Part shown: positions 61,174 to 64,000 of the stretch, in pieces | Layout of the letters: each line of letters starts with the position of its first letter | Position numbering within the stretch: the stretch's first letter is position 1 | Assembly (NCBI GenBank): GCA_943357175.1 | Contig: CALRGE010000005.1 | Span: 17,190 to 81,189, forward strand | Direction: 5' to 3' | DNA from: Candidatus Peribacteria bacterium | GTDB lineage: Bacteria; Patescibacteriota; Gracilibacteria; UBA1369; 2-02-FULL-48-14 | Length of the DNA stretch: 64,000 bases | Notes under the pieces: model-generated | What the model was told of the DNA's origin: nothing | What the model saw: only the letters and a program-made list of their open reading frames with translations | The model's database searches: none | Translations under genes and position numbers: made by a program

Positions 61174-63780
61174 ATGAAAGAAAAAATCAAATACATTATC
61201 GGGACAATTTGGCTTGTAATAGTGATGTATTTTTATTACAAAAACCACAGTTATTACACAGATAGTTTTCTAGGATTAGGAAGATTTTGGATACTTTGGC
61301 TTGCGCCGATTATCTCTTATGTCATTTTCTTATTTTATTCTTGGGGCAAAGGCGAAGATTCCTTAACAATGAAGCTGAGTGCGAAGAAAATCGCGGTCGT
61401 CTTCTTATTAGGAATGTTTTTCCTGGTGAATGTAGAATTTATAGTAATCAAACCTCTAATGTATATGGGCCCGACAGCCATATACAACACTGACGGAACG
61501 GTCAATTTAAATCCTACCCAAGAAGAACTCAGTGGTGACGCACAAATTTTAAGGAAAGCGATTGTTATTTCTGCAAGTAATAGTTTTTACAAAAATGCGC
61601 CGGAAAACATAAAACAATATTTAGTTCGAGCTAGCTTTTTCGAAATTCAAAAAGGTATGCTTTGGACTTTTCTAAAAGTATATCTTCCCTCTTTGCTATT
61701 TTTATTTTTTTCATGTGCATTAGGCACAAAGTTGCATAAAATCTTAAAAAGAACCCAAGATCACGAAGACAATTTTGAAAAAAAGCTGATTGAAACTATT
61801 TTAGGCTTATTATCAATAAGCCTCGTTTTCCTTGCAACTTCATCACTTGGTCAATTTAGTATCTTGGTAAATTTATCCATAATAGGCGTAATTGCTATTT
61901 TAATACGGAAGGAATTATTTTACATATTTGAAAAAATCTCCAAATGGAAAGTAGTGCTTGAGTTTCCATTTTCAAATTTACTTATCCCGATAGGCATTTT
62001 TATTTGGACATTTCTATCAATTCACCTCATGGACAATCTGAGCCCAATGCCGCGTGGCTGGGACGGATTAAATCGGTACATACTAATTGCTAGAGATATT
62101 GCCGAAAGTGGATCAGGAGTGAAAATTGCAAGCATGTATTCCTGGGAACTTATTTTGGCTTTCTTCTATCAAATTGATTCAAAAATTGCCCTATTTTGGA
62201 CTTCTATACCCGGAATTTTAAATTTCATAATAATCTGGATAATTTGCAAAAAATTCACTTCAAGCAAAAATGCAAGTCTCGCAATTGCCTTCATGATTTC
62301 AATGCCGATGATGTCATTTTACATGGCAGATGAGAATAAAATCGATTTGGCACACTGGCTACTTGGAAGCACCGCATTATTGTCACTATTAAATGGACTC
62401 GATTTCAAAGATAAAACCCGAATTAAAGATTATTCATACATATGGATTGCCGGAATCCTTGCCGGATTCGCATTCACGGTAAAACTTACAGGTATACTTT
62501 TAATTTTCGGACTTGTTGCAACTTTTGCATTGGTAGAAAGTGGATGGCTTTTTGCAATCGCAATCGGTCTATTTTCTCTTGCCGCACTTGTGAAAATGGG
62601 AGGTCTTAATTTAGGTTCAGATTTCGTTAGCTCTGAAAATTTTAATTCTATAATTATTGTTTTCTCAGGGATTACAGGCTTAATTTCAAGCTTTATCGCG
62701 ATTAAACAGAAGCAGCTGAAGTTACTCAATATCAAGCATTTCTTTATCTTATGCGCCCTGATTATATTACCAATACTTCCTTGGTTTGCTTATAATATTT
62801 CAAAAATGACTACTTTTTCAGTAGATGCCTTAGTACAAGGCACTGCTGAATATCCTTCTATTGATATGCAGTTAATAGAAGGAAAATGTGACGCAGGTAC
62901 CGGTTCCTATGAAGAATATGACCGATATTTGGGCTACAATCCTAATATCATTGTGCGAGCACTGGCAATTCCTTGGCACTTAACGATGAATGATATTGGC
63001 GCAGTGGGTGCTTATGTTGATATAGGTTTTTCATTTTTAGGATTTATAGTTTTTACTATTCTTTTCTTCAAATTCTCTGATAAAAGAAAAACCGTTCTGC
63101 TGTTTTTTGCGCTAGTGTATGGATTTTTCTGGCTGATTAGAGCAAATGGCGTCATTTGGTATGGCTTCCCTCTTTTGACTTTTGCTGCAATCGCAATGGC
63201 ACTCTCGTTCGAAGAACTTGATAAAAATACCTTCGGTCGAACTATACTTTTATTTGCTTTCCTAACTTGGGCTATTCTTGCTCTAAATACACGCTTAAAT
63301 AATTTTGGAAATGCCGTACTTTTATTAAATCATGCGGGGAAAATTACTTATCAAGACGTACAAGATAATATTTTCCCGGCTGCGGATGAGATTCAAAGTT
63401 ACTTAAAAGATCATGAGGGCTTAGTTTATAAAGTAGGAACACCTTACGGATTTTATATTCCCGGTTTCTTCAAACGAACTTACGATGATCAACTATTGGA
63501 CGTCTTCTACTGTACCTACCAAAGTTATGATGGCGATCCGATTAAAATTATTCGGATTTTTGAAGAGAACAATATAAAATTCATGCTTTATGACACTCAC
63601 ACAAACACAATCGGGAACGACCCTAAAGGGACACTAGTTAAAAAAGTAAACATAATAACTGATTTTATGAATAAATATCTGGAAATTGTTGTTTATGACG
63701 ATGTTCGAGGAAACTATCTTCTATATATTCCAACAGAGGTGGAACTCATTCAAAAACATCCCGAATTATTGCAGGAATAA
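61174..63780 (+). CDS. Large polytopic membrane protein, GT-C/PMT-like glycosyltransferase candidate
   Basis: Many TM segments; GWDGLNRY, KID and AFTVKLTG patterns; ATG 61174 preferred over TTG 61144. Confidence 0.65.
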   Translation: MKEKIKYIIGTIWLVIVMYFYYKNHSYYTDSFLGLGRFWILWLAPIISYVIFLFYSWGKGEDSLTMKLSAKKIAVVFLLGMFFLVNVEFIVIKPLMYMGPTAIYNTDGTVNLNPTQEELSGDAQILRKAIVISASNSFYKNAPENIKQYLVRASFFEIQKGMLWTFLKVYLPSLLFLFFSCALGTKLHKILKRTQDHEDNFEKKLIETILGLLSISLVFLATSSLGQFSILVNLSIIGVIAILIRKELFYIFEKISKWKVVLEFPFSNLLIPIGIFIWTFLSIHLMDNLSPMPRGWDGLNRYILIARDIAESGSGVKIASMYSWELILAFFYQIDSKIALFWTSIPGILNFIIIWIICKKFTSSKNASLAIAFMISMPMMSFYMADENKIDLAHWLLGSTALLSLLNGLDFKDKTRIKDYSYIWIAGILAGFAFTVKLTGILLIFGLVATFALVESGWLFAIAIGLFSLAALVKMGGLNLGSDFVSSENFNSIIIVFSGITGLISSFIAIKQKQLKLLNIKHFFILCALIILPILPWFAYNISKMTTFSVDALVQGTAEYPSIDMQLIEGKCDAGTGSYEEYDRYLGYNPNIIVRALAIPWHLTMNDIGAVGAYVDIGFSFLGFIVFTILFFKFSDKRKTVLLFFALVYGFFWLIRANGVIWYGFPLLTFAAIAMALSFEELDKNTFGRTILLFAFLTWAILALNTRLNNFGNAVLLLNHAGKITYQDVQDNIFPAADEIQSYLKDHEGLVYKVGTPYGFYIPGFFKRTYDDQLLDVFYCTYQSYDGDPIKIIRIFEENNIKFMLYDTHTNTIGNDPKGTLVKKVNIITDFMNKYLEIVVYDDVRGNYLLYIPTEVELIQKHPELLQE

Positions 63781-63801
63781 TTCAGGACTTTGTCAGGATT
63801 T
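63763..63801 (+). promoter_or_regulatory. Triple direct-repeat (CAGGA, 11-nt period) motif, copy 2
   Basis: GAATTATTGCAGGAATAATTCAGGACTTTGTCAGGATTT; 35/39 identical to the reverse complement of 29385-29422. Confidence 0.7.
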
Positions 63802-63836
63802 GAGTTCATGATTGCCATGTAATTTAACCCAATTAT

Positions 63837-64000
63837 ATGCGTAAACTTTTCATATTCCTCTTAATTCTATCTTTTCCAACAGTTTTTGCGTCGGAAGAAT
63901 GCCCAAGTAGCGCCATAGGCGGCATTATTTCCGTTTCAACAAAGCTTGAGATAGGCAGCCTCTACCCATCACCTAAAACTGGTGAGAAAGAATGGGTAGA
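63837..64000 (+). CDS. Secreted protein, probable lamin-tail domain (partial)
   Basis: MRKLFIFLLILSFPTVFA signal peptide, then LEIGSLYPSPKTGEKEWV; runs off window. Confidence 0.6.
   Translation, partial: MRKLFIFLLILSFPTVFASEECPSSAIGGIISVSTKLEIGSLYPSPKTGEKEWV

Overview
AT-rich bacterial chromosome segment using genetic code 11 (TGA acts as a stop, e.g. ATGA overlaps at ftsX/recO, gatC/gatA and pilT/cNMP gene). The gene set and style (archaeal-type TpiA, TrmB regulator, short MurE, large acidic surface proteins, DUF222/HNH gene, little Shine-Dalgarno use) suggest a Patescibacteria/CPR organism, possibly Peregrinibacteria (inference). Most genes are housekeeping: znuCA-zur, greA, rpoD, dnaG, truB, murE, holA, glnA, efp, gatCA, ftsX, recO, relA, hppA, rplY, mltG, dnaA, rseP, frr, pyrH, pilT, groESL, rny. 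Accessory genes include a VapBC-like pair, an HNH gene, a giant surface-protein operon and a deacetylase/GH3 cell-wall cassette. No rRNA, tRNA or CRISPR array was seen. The most notable signals are non-coding: (1) a dispersed structured repeat with compensatory base changes 3' of glnA and rny; (2) a near-identical 39-nt triple direct-repeat promoter motif at two loci 34 kb apart; (3) GC-rich loopless palindromes, one shared between the HNH coding sequence and an intergenic site; (4) two SD-free initiation patterns (leaderless -10/N6/ATG and TAAC-N7-10-ATG). Several proteins deviate from family motifs (RNase Y HD site, EF-P tip, RelA insertion).
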